From an uncultured Gammaproteobacteria bacterium (GTDB lineage: Bacteria > Pseudomonadota > Gammaproteobacteria > JAURND01), in the NCBI GenBank assembly GCA_963797335.1, contig CAWCOU010000006.1, positions 1,148,413 to 1,212,412 of the forward strand: DNA of 64,000 nt. The letters are read 5' to 3'. A model generated the notes under the pieces. The model was not told the origin of the DNA. It saw only the letters and a program-made list of their open reading frames with translations, and did no database searches. Each line of letters begins with the position of its first letter. The stretch's first letter is position 1. The position numbers were made by a program, and so were the translations under genes. Below, in pieces: positions 48,370 through 58,485 of the stretch.

Positions 48370-48816
48370 ATGAAAATTGAAATAGAGATTTTCAAAACTA
48401 GCAAACAACTGCCGAAACATGGTCAAGAAATATTATTTTATGCTCATAATGCTTGGAATTTCGGAAGTTTTTCCAAAGAATCGGATACACCTTTTGCTTC
48501 ATATCTTTTCCTCGATGATGAACCACTTCCTAAACAAGAAGTCGATTATTGGATGCCCTTGCCGAAGTTACCGGTTGATGAGACTGATTGCATGAAGACT
48601 GAGTCAGGCATTTTTAAGACTATTAAAAAATTGCCGAAAGATGGTCAAGAAATATTATATCACGCTCATGATGGCTCGTGGAATTTCGGAGATTTTACCA
48701 AAGAATCGGACACGCCTTTTACTTCATATCTATTTCTCGATGATGAACCACTTCCTAAAGAAGAAGTTGATTACTGGATGCCTCTGCCAAAATTGCCGCA
48801 AGAGAGAAATGATTAA
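48370..48816 (+). CDS. DUF551-like protein with an internal tandem duplication (2 x ~70 aa)
   Basis: Repeats LPKHGQEILFYAH..WNFG.F.KESDTPF.SYLFLDDEPLPK.EVDYWMPLPKLP occur twice. Confidence 0.6.
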   Translation: MKIEIEIFKTSKQLPKHGQEILFYAHNAWNFGSFSKESDTPFASYLFLDDEPLPKQEVDYWMPLPKLPVDETDCMKTESGIFKTIKKLPKDGQEILYHAHDGSWNFGDFTKESDTPFTSYLFLDDEPLPKEEVDYWMPLPKLPQERND

Positions 48817-48837
48817 AAAGAGCTTTCAACAATCATT

Positions 48838-49134
48838 TTAATGTCTTTGTATATTACCTGATAGCAACAGCATCATATCGGGGTGGGAATGTGTTTGGGC
48901 GACATCAAAAGGCGTCATTCCATCGGCAGTTTTAGACAAGGGATCTGCTCCTGCCTGCAATAGCAATTGTGCGCTTTGTAGCGCATTGGCTTGTGCGGCA
49001 AAATGCAGCGGAGTTAAACCAACCCAGTCTTCGTATCCGTTGGGATCAACTCCTGTTTGCAACAGCTCCTCTGTTACTGCCACATCATCAATTTCTATCG
49101 CTTCAATCAGCTCTTCCATCGGATTATTCCTCAA
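48838..49134 (-). CDS. ankyrin-repeat protein (eukaryote-like)
   Basis: 98 aa. GLTPLHFAAQANALQSAQLLLQAGADP is the ANK consensus. Confidence 0.7.
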   Translation of the reverse strand: MRNNPMEELIEAIEIDDVAVTEELLQTGVDPNGYEDWVGLTPLHFAAQANALQSAQLLLQAGADPLSKTADGMTPFDVAQTHSHPDMMLLLSGNIQRH

Positions 49135-49366
49135 GTTAAATATGTTATCAGTAGGACATATTGTTTGATTCTAACACTGCCATCAACATCCTTACAAACG
49201 CTGATTGAGAGCATTATTTTATTTATGCTGACATTTGATATTTATATGCTCAAATTCCACCAGCCTTGACAAAAACCTTGTTGCAAAGGTACAGTGTCCA
49301 AGAAGTATCAGGATAATATAAAAACGCGTTTGTTTATTTTTATTGGCAAGGGATAAATACATAGAG

Positions 49367-49582
49367 ATGAAGCAAGAGATTCCATTGCAAAACCGTTTTC
49401 TAGACACATTACTTAAAGAAAAAACACCGGTGGCGATTTACTTGGTGAAAGGCATCAAGTTGCAAGGTTACATAGAGAACTTTGACCCCGATGTAATACT
49501 CCTAAAGAATGACACCACTGTTCAAATGATCTATACGCATTCTATTTCTACCGTATATCCTTTGAAGGAAAATTTCAGTTGA
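49367..49582 (+). CDS. hfq: Hfq-family RNA chaperone paralog encoded on the element
   Basis: [60 protein letters not shown] carries the Sm1/Sm2 motifs of Hfq. ATG at 49367. Track TTG start 49343. Confidence 0.8.
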   Translation: MKQEIPLQNRFLDTLLKEKTPVAIYLVKGIKLQGYIENFDPDVILLKNDTTVQMIYTHSISTVYPLKENFS

Positions 49583-49592
49583 AAAACACATC

Positions 49593-50540
49593 CTAGCGCA
49601 GGTAGGTTTTAATTTCTGAAGCCCGATAATGCCCCATCTGCTGACTGACACATTCACGTGCTTTATCCCATGTCATTCCGGCCTGTAACATCTCTCTCAA
49701 ACGCTGCTGCGCAAACGTGTGCCGCAGACCGTGTAATCCTCTTGAGTTAAAAAGAGCCTGCATAGATGCCTCACTCCAAAGCTTGGAAAATTTAAATCCC
49801 GCCGGTAAATCATAATACTGATGGGCAACCACATTTGCCTGTCCGCGCTCTCTAAAATCCTTGGGTATTGGCAAACGAAATTCCTCTAATTTGGCTGCCG
49901 TTTCGGGAGATATAGTAGAGGTATATTCATGTCCGCCCTTGCCAGTGAATGTCACTTGAACCCAGTGTTCTCTCCCTAGAAATCGGTCTATATGCAGCTT
50001 ATTTAATCTGGCATTTTTAGCAGGTCGTTCCGCCGCTAAACATAAAGAAGCCAAGTCCTTAGCGCGGCAGCCGGATTCTAGGAGAATCTGGACGGCCAGG
50101 TTGCCATTGGCGGTATGAATTTTTTGTTTAATGGCGTTAATTTGTAATGGAGTATAAGCACGTACCTGCTGCGGTTTATCCCGTTTATCGGTAGCCCTGG
50201 AAGGAACATTTAGCTGTCCGACCAAAGGCAATAACTCCAAGGCTTTCGCATATCCTTGTACAGTACGGACTCGGATATTTTCGTGCAGCCGAGCATTAAT
50301 ATAAGCTTGTGCCTGTTGTCGGGTTATATCTTTTAGACGCTGGATACCATGTACTTTTTGTATGGTTTCTGCCGCACGACCAAGGTCACCTTGGTAACGC
50401 ATTACGGTACGATCGCTGCGGAGGACGGCTCCGCTGGCCTTGCTTTTTCCACGGTTGGCGCGGGCATCGATAAATTTTGCCGCCTGTTCTCGCATGGAGA
50501 ATTTGGCATGTCCTTGCACTTGAGTTTTCGTCTTTTCCAT
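49593..50540 (-). CDS. tyrosine site-specific recombinase (second integrase-family gene)
   Basis: 315 aa. C-terminus HGLRHTFAQQRL...HYRASEIKTYLR. Confidence 0.8.
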   Translation of the reverse strand: MEKTKTQVQGHAKFSMREQAAKFIDARANRGKSKASGAVLRSDRTVMRYQGDLGRAAETIQKVHGIQRLKDITRQQAQAYINARLHENIRVRTVQGYAKALELLPLVGQLNVPSRATDKRDKPQQVRAYTPLQINAIKQKIHTANGNLAVQILLESGCRAKDLASLCLAAERPAKNARLNKLHIDRFLGREHWVQVTFTGKGGHEYTSTISPETAAKLEEFRLPIPKDFRERGQANVVAHQYYDLPAGFKFSKLWSEASMQALFNSRGLHGLRHTFAQQRLREMLQAGMTWDKARECVSQQMGHYRASEIKTYLR

Positions 50541-50553
50541 TAACCGGTTTTAC

Positions 50554-51036
50554 TCATGTTATGTTTGAAATGGCGTTTAAATATCGTTGAATACTGTGGT
50601 GGGATATAGTCAATCCTTTCTTCATAAACAGCCATAATTTTATATCGCGGCAAGAGGCTTTTGCCGCAGATAAAGACATGATTTCCGAGTGATAGCGTTC
50701 CAATTTACGGGAGCCTGGCACCAAGGGGCGGGCATTCGCCAACCTGCGCAGTTGTTTGATTTCCAAGGTATCCATTTGAGCTTCCTCAGCAGTTAAGGGA
50801 GCCAAACAAACGGTCTTTAGATTGCGCTTCCGACCGATACGCCTAATAAGCTTTTCCGGGTGTTCGCCCCGAAGCAAAGCGGAACTTGTTGCCTCTAAAA
50901 GCCGTTTACACACCTGCCCATTCCGGTTGTTTGGCATGGCCATTATTACTTGTTTTAAGCAGGTATAAATGTCGCCAATAGCATCTATTTCCAGGTGATT
51001 TTTATCCGAGTTTTCCGTCTCAAATGCTTGTCTCAT
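50554..51036 (-). CDS. hypothetical protein co-transcribed upstream of the recombinase (accessory/directionality factor candidate)
   Basis: 160 aa. A degenerate homolog lies at 56917..57123. Confidence 0.5.
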   Translation of the reverse strand: MRQAFETENSDKNHLEIDAIGDIYTCLKQVIMAMPNNRNGQVCKRLLEATSSALLRGEHPEKLIRRIGRKRNLKTVCLAPLTAEEAQMDTLEIKQLRRLANARPLVPGSRKLERYHSEIMSLSAAKASCRDIKLWLFMKKGLTISHHSIQRYLNAISNIT

Positions 51037-51114
51037 AATGCCTGTCGCTTTTTTTCAGAAAAATTAACATTATTTCCCTTATAAATCATTAAGATAGGTA
51101 ATGCCATATAAAAG

Positions 51115-51149
51115 GGGTACCCTGACGGGCGCAGCCCGTCAGGGTACCC
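51115..51149. promoter_or_regulatory. perfect 16-bp palindrome GGGTACCCTGACGGGC-gca-GCCCGTCAGGGTACCC upstream of the recombinase operon
   Basis: Read directly, 79 bp upstream of the 50554..51036 start. Confidence 0.5.
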
Positions 51150-51350
51150 TCACGATGCTGCAAATTTTATGATTATTTTAGCAAGATTTTATCTTAAAAA
51201 GAGCTACCATTTTGTTCTGAATTTTTGATTTGCTTTAAGATGGAAAATAAAACCAGCTTTCAAAATCCAGAACGTTTGTGTATAGACAAACTAATTCAAG
51301 GTATTTATTCTGTTTTCAATTATGAAATTCACTGCTACAAGGAGCCATTT

Positions 51351-51551
51351 ATGCCAATTATCAAACCCCTTAATTTGGAAACAGTCAAAATCAGAGCCCA
51401 ATTTCCTAAATCCCTGGATGCAGAGATGGAGCAATACATTCAATGGGCGGGAGTTACAAATAAAGAATTTTTCCTAATTGAGGCAGCAAAATATTTATTA
51501 AGAATGGATCGAGAATGGAAGGCTTACAGAGGAGGCCAAAAAATGCTTTGA
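51351..51551 (+). CDS. small hypothetical protein (66 aa), possible RHH/antitoxin-like
   Basis: The internal ATG at 51351 follows AAGGAG. The longer track ORF (from 51225) lacks an RBS. Confidence 0.3.
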   Translation: MPIIKPLNLETVKIRAQFPKSLDAEMEQYIQWAGVTNKEFFLIEAAKYLLRMDREWKAYRGGQKML

Positions 51552-51712
51552 CATTAGAATTTATCATTCTGATTTTTTAAGTAAGGGGCAATTTAAAATT
51601 TGAGCATAAATAAATTTAAACGGGAGTTTCATCGTTTATTTAAAGCTCATCATTAAAGCTTACAGAAATCTGTCCAGCCTTGAGGCATACATACAGGATA
51701 AACTGGTTGAAT

Positions 51713-52720
51713 CTATTTGCCAATTTCCAGGGATGTTAATCCTACTATTTTGTCTTTGTCTATTGCTGGAATTTCACCTTTATACATTCGCATAGTGTCA
51801 AATATCTTTTCTAGTTTAAAATGTTCTACCATCGCAGAAGCATACGGGCTAGTTTCTGAAATATCGATTGAAACAGTAGCATCTTTCCCTGCGAAGCTGC
51901 ATAAACTGCGGTAAAGTTGATCGGCTACTGTTTCGCTATTAGCAAATAGAGGGGCTATTTTATAATTATTTGGCTCCACAGTGCGGCTAATTACGCCATA
52001 ACCAATTATATTTCCTTCTCTATCTAAAGCAGCCAAAGCGTGTGAATCAGGCATTTTAAGCCAGTGCGTTAAGAAAGCTTCCCTAGGGGAAGAAAATATT
52101 TTTTTATCATATTCTACGATATCTTTTGTCAAAAACTTATCGGTTAGGATAAGACCTTCTTTCTTTATTCCTCTATCGCTTGGAATTTTATCTGGTTTTC
52201 CTTTCCAACGGGTGTTTAAAAAGCTGGGATAAAAACCTGATCTGCCATATCGTTCTATTTGCTCCATGACAGCGTTTAAGCCGATGCTAGAGCAAATCTC
52301 TAATTTAGAAGTTACTGCATCCCATAACATAGACCCAAATCCTTGTCCTCTTTTGCTTGGAGTAACGATGAAGAGACCTAAAAATGCTAATTTCTGAGAG
52401 TATTTTACAGCAGCCAATGATGCTGTAGGCTCTCCGTCTACTTCCAAGATATAATAGCCTTTAGGGTCTGCCGCATAGAGTGATTCTGTTTCGTGTTTCC
52501 CAGGATTCCAGCCTTCATCTTCTGCCCACTTAAAAACTAGCTGTAAATCTTTTGGAGTCATGTTGCGGATTGAGATATCTTGTTTCAGTATTAAAGGGGT
52601 ATAAGGTGGAATAACTTTGATCGATGATATTGAGCGCAGGTGCTTTGGTGCAGATAACAAATTCTGATAGGGTAGCTGTCCTAAGCGGGTAACATTTCTA
52701 AAAAAAAGTATTTTGTACAT
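51713..52720 (-). CDS. GNAT-family N-acetyltransferase (two-domain)
   Basis: TPSKRGQGFGSMLWDAV acetyl-CoA-binding motif. Confidence 0.7.
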   Translation of the reverse strand: MYKILFFRNVTRLGQLPYQNLLSAPKHLRSISSIKVIPPYTPLILKQDISIRNMTPKDLQLVFKWAEDEGWNPGKHETESLYAADPKGYYILEVDGEPTASLAAVKYSQKLAFLGLFIVTPSKRGQGFGSMLWDAVTSKLEICSSIGLNAVMEQIERYGRSGFYPSFLNTRWKGKPDKIPSDRGIKKEGLILTDKFLTKDIVEYDKKIFSSPREAFLTHWLKMPDSHALAALDREGNIIGYGVISRTVEPNNYKIAPLFANSETVADQLYRSLCSFAGKDATVSIDISETSPYASAMVEHFKLEKIFDTMRMYKGEIPAIDKDKIVGLTSLEIGK

Positions 52721-52926
52721 GATATCTTTCTCGTAATAATAACTCGCTAATTTATTATAATTATTATTTACCGTTTTATTATTAATCAGTTGAATTCCAA
52801 GTTGCCCAAAAACCTGACTATCTATTCTTAATCATTTCTTAAATCTGATACAATAGGTTCAAAAAAATAACAAAATAATAATTCGATTAATTTGGTGCAT
52901 GGTAGGATAAATAGGAGATAAAGTAA

Positions 52927-55005
52927 ATGTCGAATCAAAAACAACAGTATAAGCCTCGCAAAATACATCATCTTGTTGAAATTCAAGCAGCAGTAAGGCC
53001 GACAGAAACTGCAATTGTTTTTTTTAATGAAACGTTAAGCTATGGAGAATTAAATTCGAGAGCAAATCAGTTTGCAAAGTACCTGGTTCATCAAGGTGTC
53101 AAGCCTGGCGATATAGTACCGATCATATCCAATAAATCCCCTGCATTATTTGTAATGATATTGGGGATATTAAAATCAGGCGCTGCTTATTCCCCATTAA
53201 ATGTGGATAGCCCCATTAAACATATTGAAGCTGTTGTTAAAGAAACCCGAGCAAAATTTATATGTATAGAATCCAATTTGGCTAACCGATTTTCGCTTGA
53301 TGAGGATGTTTTGGTCATTGAAGCTGACGATTTACAGAAAAAAATTGGTTCTTATGGTGATGATGAAGTAGATGATGGTGCGCAAACAGAATCCGATTTA
53401 GCTTATGTTATTTATACTTCTGGAACAACCGGAAATCCTAAAGGAGGAATGATTGCCCATGCTAATTTATTGCCAACTTATCTTTCTTGGAAAAAATCTT
53501 ATCAATTAACCTCATCTGACATTCATCTCCAAATGGCTCCTGTAGGCTTTGATGTATTTGCCGGGGATTGGATTAGAGCATTATGTTCTGGAGCAAAGCT
53601 TGTCTTATGTCCAAAAAACATTTTAGTAGATTCACGGCAACTATATTTATTGATCCAAAAAGAGAAAATAAATTGTGCTGAGTTTGTTCCTGCTGTTTTA
53701 AGGCAATTAATTAACTTCGTTGAAAGAAATCAATATGATCTGGCTCAATTTCGCTTATTGGTGTGTGGCTCAGATCAATGGGTTATGGGTGAATATCGGG
53801 CGGTAAAAAAACTGTGTGGAAAGGAATCGCAAGTCATAAGCTCTTATGGGTTAACTGAAACGACTATCGATAGTAGTTTTTACGAAGAAGACTCAGAAGT
53901 TCCTCTTTTAGATGATAGGTCGCCTGTTCCTATTGGCAAGCCATTTAATCATGTTAATTTCTATTTGGCTGAAGATGAAAAATTAGTGCCTCGTGGAGAA
54001 ATAGGTGAAATTTATATCGGAGGCTCTGGCGTTGGTTTGGGATATTTAAACCAACCAAAATTAACCGCAGATAAATTTGTTTTGAGAACTTTTACAGGTG
54101 ACGTTGGTGAGAGATTATATAGAACTGGAGATCAAGGGAGATTGTTAGATGATGGAAATTTTTTATTTTTAGGCAGAAACCAGGAACACATAAAAATTCA
54201 TGGCAAAAGAGTTGATCTGCCTTCGTTGGAATCTGTGATTAATCAGTATAATAAAATAAAATTTAGTATAGTGACTCCAATATTTAAAGCTGATTCCGAT
54301 CAAGTTATTTTAAAATGCTTTTTTACGCTCAAAGATAGTTCTCTCACTTTTGAAGAGCTTGCTAATCATATTAGGAGAGAACTACCGTGCTACTATGTCC
54401 CCAGGGAATTTTATCAAGTTGAGTCAATACCTTTGTCTTTAAATGGTAAAATTGATAAACGCGTTTCAGCTCAGAAGGTTGTTAAAGAACTTCGACCACA
54501 GATTCATGCTCCTACGAACGAGCTGCAAAGGTACTTAGTTGATTTATGGAAGAAAAGACTGGAATTAGAGGAAGTGGGCACAAAGAGTAGTTTTCATAAT
54601 CTTGGCGGTTCCTCTCTCTTATTTGTAGCTATGCTCAGCGATGTTAATAAAAAATTCAATTTAAGTATATCATATACCATTGACGTTGAGACCATAGAGG
54701 ATTTGGCAAAACATATAGAAAATCAACAGCTCATTCCAGCTCAACGATTGCATAACCCTGCGTCAGCATTCGCTTTTAGAGATGCAAAACAGGCAAAATA
54801 TACCTCATCGTATTTTATGGGTATTTTTTCCCCTATATTGCTTCACCCCGCAAAAAAATCCCCCAAAATTCTTTCGTCAGAAGTTCCGAAGAGATCATTT
54901 GCGTACTCAATTTTTCAGCAACCTTTGCCAAAACAACCATTGTCCTCGAAATTAACCAAGGCTACTAAGACACTTCTATCCTTGGCATTTAGAAAAGGAA
55001 AGTAA
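52927..55005 (+). CDS. stand-alone NRPS-like adenylation-thiolation (A-T) didomain protein
   Basis: AMP-binding core YVIYTSGTTGNPKG. A10 GKIDKR. Carrier-protein motif FHNLGGSSLLFV. Confidence 0.8.
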   Translation: MSNQKQQYKPRKIHHLVEIQAAVRPTETAIVFFNETLSYGELNSRANQFAKYLVHQGVKPGDIVPIISNKSPALFVMILGILKSGAAYSPLNVDSPIKHIEAVVKETRAKFICIESNLANRFSLDEDVLVIEADDLQKKIGSYGDDEVDDGAQTESDLAYVIYTSGTTGNPKGGMIAHANLLPTYLSWKKSYQLTSSDIHLQMAPVGFDVFAGDWIRALCSGAKLVLCPKNILVDSRQLYLLIQKEKINCAEFVPAVLRQLINFVERNQYDLAQFRLLVCGSDQWVMGEYRAVKKLCGKESQVISSYGLTETTIDSSFYEEDSEVPLLDDRSPVPIGKPFNHVNFYLAEDEKLVPRGEIGEIYIGGSGVGLGYLNQPKLTADKFVLRTFTGDVGERLYRTGDQGRLLDDGNFLFLGRNQEHIKIHGKRVDLPSLESVINQYNKIKFSIVTPIFKADSDQVILKCFFTLKDSSLTFEELANHIRRELPCYYVPREFYQVESIPLSLNGKIDKRVSAQKVVKELRPQIHAPTNELQRYLVDLWKKRLELEEVGTKSSFHNLGGSSLLFVAMLSDVNKKFNLSISYTIDVETIEDLAKHIENQQLIPAQRLHNPASAFAFRDAKQAKYTSSYFMGIFSPILLHPAKKSPKILSSEVPKRSFAYSIFQQPLPKQPLSSKLTKATKTLLSLAFRKGK

Positions 55006-55146
55006 TATACTTATTGAATATTTTTACAGCAATTAACGAGGCTAGGGATTGCCATAAAATACCAATTGTTAATCATTTGCTGTTATTTTTAGCATTTTAA
55101 AGCCTGTCCGAGCAGAGCTTTTCTAAAGCACAATGGAGTTGTTTTA

Positions 55147-56844
55147 ATGCTATATGATGATTCAGAGTTGATTGAGCAAATTATTCTTAATCTACCCAAT
55201 TATGTCTTTTGGCAAGATAATCGCGGTATCTTTAAAGGTTGCAATCATAATTTTGCAACCCTTCTGAGCCTGGACTCCCCAAGTAAAATTATTGGCCTAA
55301 CAGAAGATACCTTACCTTTTGTGAAACACCTGACATCCCATGCCGAAGATTTACAATTTATAAGCTCTGGAAAACCCATTTTTGTTAAAAAAGTTGATCT
55401 CGACTTTCAAGGTGAGAGTCGGCATTTTTTAATTGAAAAGAAATTTGTTTTTGATAAAAACAAGCATATTAGTGGAATAATTGGTGTTATTAGTGATATT
55501 ACTTATCAAGAAAAATTGAGTGTTTCTCTGGAGCAGGCCGCTTCTATTCAAAAGTCCTATATTGCCGATATAAATAAAGAAGTTACCGGTCAAGAACATC
55601 GTGATATGTCCATTGAGGAGTATACGGATGAAATTAGGCATCATTTAGAAAATATTATAGCTGCTATGCCCGGGAACGTGTATTGGTTAAACAGAGAATG
55701 TACCCTCTTGGGTGGTAACGATAATTTAGCCAAGATGTTCGGATTAAAATCTCGTACCGAATTGGTGGGTTTAACCTACGATCAAATGGCTGAACTTGCT
55801 CAATGGACAGAAGGACAAGGAGAATCATTTAAAAATGCAGAGTTAGAAGTTATGGCATCGGGAATGCCTCGCTTTAACGTAGAAGAACCACCCGTGGTTA
55901 TAAACGATGAAACCAGATATTACATGTCCAATAAAGTCCCCCTGTATAATAAAAAAAATAAAATCATTGGTGTTTTAGGTATTTCTTTAGATATTACAGA
56001 TAGAAAGCTTGCAGAAGAACGAGAAAAAACCGCTCTTTTGGAATCATCCCAAGCTAGAGCAAAAGCTGAGTCAGAAGAGCAGCTAAGACAAGTGGTGATG
56101 ATCTTGACGGGTAGTATTGCTCATGATTTACGCTCACCTATTAGCGTTTTAGCAATGAAAGGTGGTTTCTTGGAAACATATCTTCCTATCCTAATAAGCG
56201 GATATGACAAAGCTGTGGCTTCTCAACTTACTACAGAAGATGATGAAAACATTCCCGATCGCATGAAAGATCATCTTGCAGTAATAGGACATAAAATATG
56301 CGAGACTACCAAAGAAATGCACGATTTTATTGATATCACCCTTCAAACTTTAAGCAAAGCATTAAGCAGTAATCTTACACGAGAAGACATGGTTGTTTGC
56401 TCCATGTGGCACTGTATCCATAATACTTTATATCGATATCCTTTTACTGGTCAGCAGCGGGAACTTATAAAATGGGATCAGAACGATTTCAATTTTATGG
56501 GAAATGAATTACTGATGATTAGGGTATTTTTTAATCTAATAAAAAATTCACTTGAGCAAATTGAAAAGAATAATCGTGGCGAAATTTCTATAAGCACTGA
56601 GGTTGGTGATAATGAAAATATCATACGGTTTAAAGACACTGCTGGCGGAGCGGCTCCCGAAATAATCAATAACTTATTTTCTGGTTATCGCACTACGAAA
56701 GAAAAAGGAACTGGGGTTGGTCTGGCTTTTTGTAAAATCACTATGGAAAGCTTTGGTGGAAGCATAAGTTGTAATTCCGTTTATGGGGAATATATTGAAT
56801 TTATTCTTAGTTTTCCGTCAATTAATCCAGAAAAAAATATGTAA
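55147..56844 (+). CDS. sensor histidine kinase, PAS-PAS-HisKA-HATPase_c, cytoplasmic
   Basis: Two PAS-like segments (NYVFWQDNRGIF...; NVYWLNRECTLL...). H-box IAHDLRSPI. G-box GTGVGLAFCK. Confidence 0.75.
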   Translation: MLYDDSELIEQIILNLPNYVFWQDNRGIFKGCNHNFATLLSLDSPSKIIGLTEDTLPFVKHLTSHAEDLQFISSGKPIFVKKVDLDFQGESRHFLIEKKFVFDKNKHISGIIGVISDITYQEKLSVSLEQAASIQKSYIADINKEVTGQEHRDMSIEEYTDEIRHHLENIIAAMPGNVYWLNRECTLLGGNDNLAKMFGLKSRTELVGLTYDQMAELAQWTEGQGESFKNAELEVMASGMPRFNVEEPPVVINDETRYYMSNKVPLYNKKNKIIGVLGISLDITDRKLAEEREKTALLESSQARAKAESEEQLRQVVMILTGSIAHDLRSPISVLAMKGGFLETYLPILISGYDKAVASQLTTEDDENIPDRMKDHLAVIGHKICETTKEMHDFIDITLQTLSKALSSNLTREDMVVCSMWHCIHNTLYRYPFTGQQRELIKWDQNDFNFMGNELLMIRVFFNLIKNSLEQIEKNNRGEISISTEVGDNENIIRFKDTAGGAAPEIINNLFSGYRTTKEKGTGVGLAFCKITMESFGGSISCNSVYGEYIEFILSFPSINPEKNM

Positions 56845-56916
56845 GACAATTACATCGCATTGAAATTTTTTAGTAATTATCAAATCAACTACTGTCTAAT
56901 AGTATTAATTATATTT

Positions 56917-57123
56917 TCAATAACTCTGTATAGTTGGAATTTCTTCAGGATGCGCGCAACTTTGCTTTCCGTATAATATCACATAATACATATGAGTGAT
57001 AGACAAAAGCTTTGCTCCAATAAACAGCTTCCTGTAAAAAAGAAAAGCAAACTGTTCTCTTGATGCTTGTCGATGGATACATCTGATCAGTTTTCCCGAG
57101 TGTTCACCTTGCATTAAAGCCAA
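56917..57123 (-). pseudogene. degenerate fragment homologous to the 50554..51036 protein
   Basis: MQGEHSGKLIRCIHRQAS vs LRGEHPEKLIRRIGRKRN. Truncated, abutting the IS. Confidence 0.4.
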
Positions 57124-57237
57124 TCAATAACTAACAGGAATGATTGTTGGATTTTTTTAAAGTAAAGAATGGTATTCAACTTGGTTACGCATACCTTTAA
57201 ACATAAATATTAATTATTTATTGCTATTGTTTTTAAA

Positions 57238-58485
57238 CTCTGTAGGGTACGAAAATTGAAGAAAGAGAGGAATTAAGGGAGAGAAAAAGATAACTCGCTG
57301 ATTTTAAACAAAAACCATATAATCATTTTCGACGAAGAAAAGGAGGTTATATGGATAAAAATAAAACCAGCGAGTTAGTAGGCATTTTAGGGCAAGAATT
57401 AAAATGGAACAAGGCAAGATTAACTTGTTTTAGTCTAATGATATTAGCGCTATTAGCGGCCAGAACAATCAGTCTGTTCAAAATGGCTGTGGTGATGGAT
57501 AGTCCGGCAGAGCAATCATCGCGCTATAAACGATTAAAATGCTTTTTCCGAGAGTTTAGTATTGATACGACGACGATAGCGCGTTTGATATTTAAATGGT
57601 TTGGATTTACTGAGAAAAAGTTATATTTGACGATAGATAGGACAAATTGGTTTTTAGGTAAGTCAAAGATAAATGTATTTACTCTGGGAGTAGCGTACGA
57701 AGGAATAGCAATCCCATTATTTTGGAAATTACTACCGAAAGCGGGTAACGCTTCAGCTAAAGAGCATATGGATTTAGTAGAACGTTTCGTTTCTGTGTTT
57801 GGAAGTGAATGTATTTTAGGTATTTTGGGTGATAGAGAATTTGCCAGCAAAGCCTTTTTCAAATGGTTAAATAAGAAAAAAATTGCTTTTTATATTCGCA
57901 TCAAAGAAGGCAGTCAAGTCAATATCAAAGGGAAAAAGTGGATAAAAGCCAAAAAAATTTTCAATCATTTAAATCTTAAAGAAAAGTCGATGTATATGAT
58001 GAAAATTACTCTTTGGGATGACACTTCTGTGTTTTTAGCAGGCTCTCGTTCAGAACGCGGAGAATTGATGATAGTAGCTACCAACCAAAATCCTAAAAAT
58101 GCTATTGCCATCTATCTGAGACGCTGGGAAATTGAATCATTGTTTCAAAATTTAAAGGGACGAGGTTTTAATTTTGAGCAAACCCATATCACTGCCCTGG
58201 ATCGCTTAGAGAAAGTCATGGTCTTGCTCGCATTGACTTTGTGTTGGGCCCATAAAGTGGGCGAATGGCGAGCCATACAAAAACCTATTCCCATCAATCG
58301 TTACCGCGATAGTCAAAGACCACAATTTAGTTATTTTCGATATGGTTTGGATTTGTTACAAGAGCTTGTTTTTAAAGGGTATCAACAAACCAAAAAACAA
58401 TGGAAAGCCTGCTTAAAACTAATAACTTCTAGCTCAATATTCACTCATACGCTGGAGGTGCTATGAATTTTCGTACCCTACAGAG
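57238..58485 (+). mobile_element. intact IS4-family insertion sequence, 1248 bp, 20-bp perfect terminal inverted repeats, 9-bp target duplication GTTTTTAAA
   Basis: IRL CTCTGTAGGGTACGAAAATT (57238..57257). IRR AATTTTCGTACCCTACAGAG (58466..58485). Direct repeats at 57229..57237 and 58486..58494. Confidence 0.8.
57351..58466 (+). CDS. IS4-family DDE transposase
   Basis: 371 aa. YLRRWEIESLFQNLK motif. The stop overlaps IRR. Confidence 0.8.
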   Translation: MDKNKTSELVGILGQELKWNKARLTCFSLMILALLAARTISLFKMAVVMDSPAEQSSRYKRLKCFFREFSIDTTTIARLIFKWFGFTEKKLYLTIDRTNWFLGKSKINVFTLGVAYEGIAIPLFWKLLPKAGNASAKEHMDLVERFVSVFGSECILGILGDREFASKAFFKWLNKKKIAFYIRIKEGSQVNIKGKKWIKAKKIFNHLNLKEKSMYMMKITLWDDTSVFLAGSRSERGELMIVATNQNPKNAIAIYLRRWEIESLFQNLKGRGFNFEQTHITALDRLEKVMVLLALTLCWAHKVGEWRAIQKPIPINRYRDSQRPQFSYFRYGLDLLQELVFKGYQQTKKQWKACLKLITSSSIFTHTLEVL

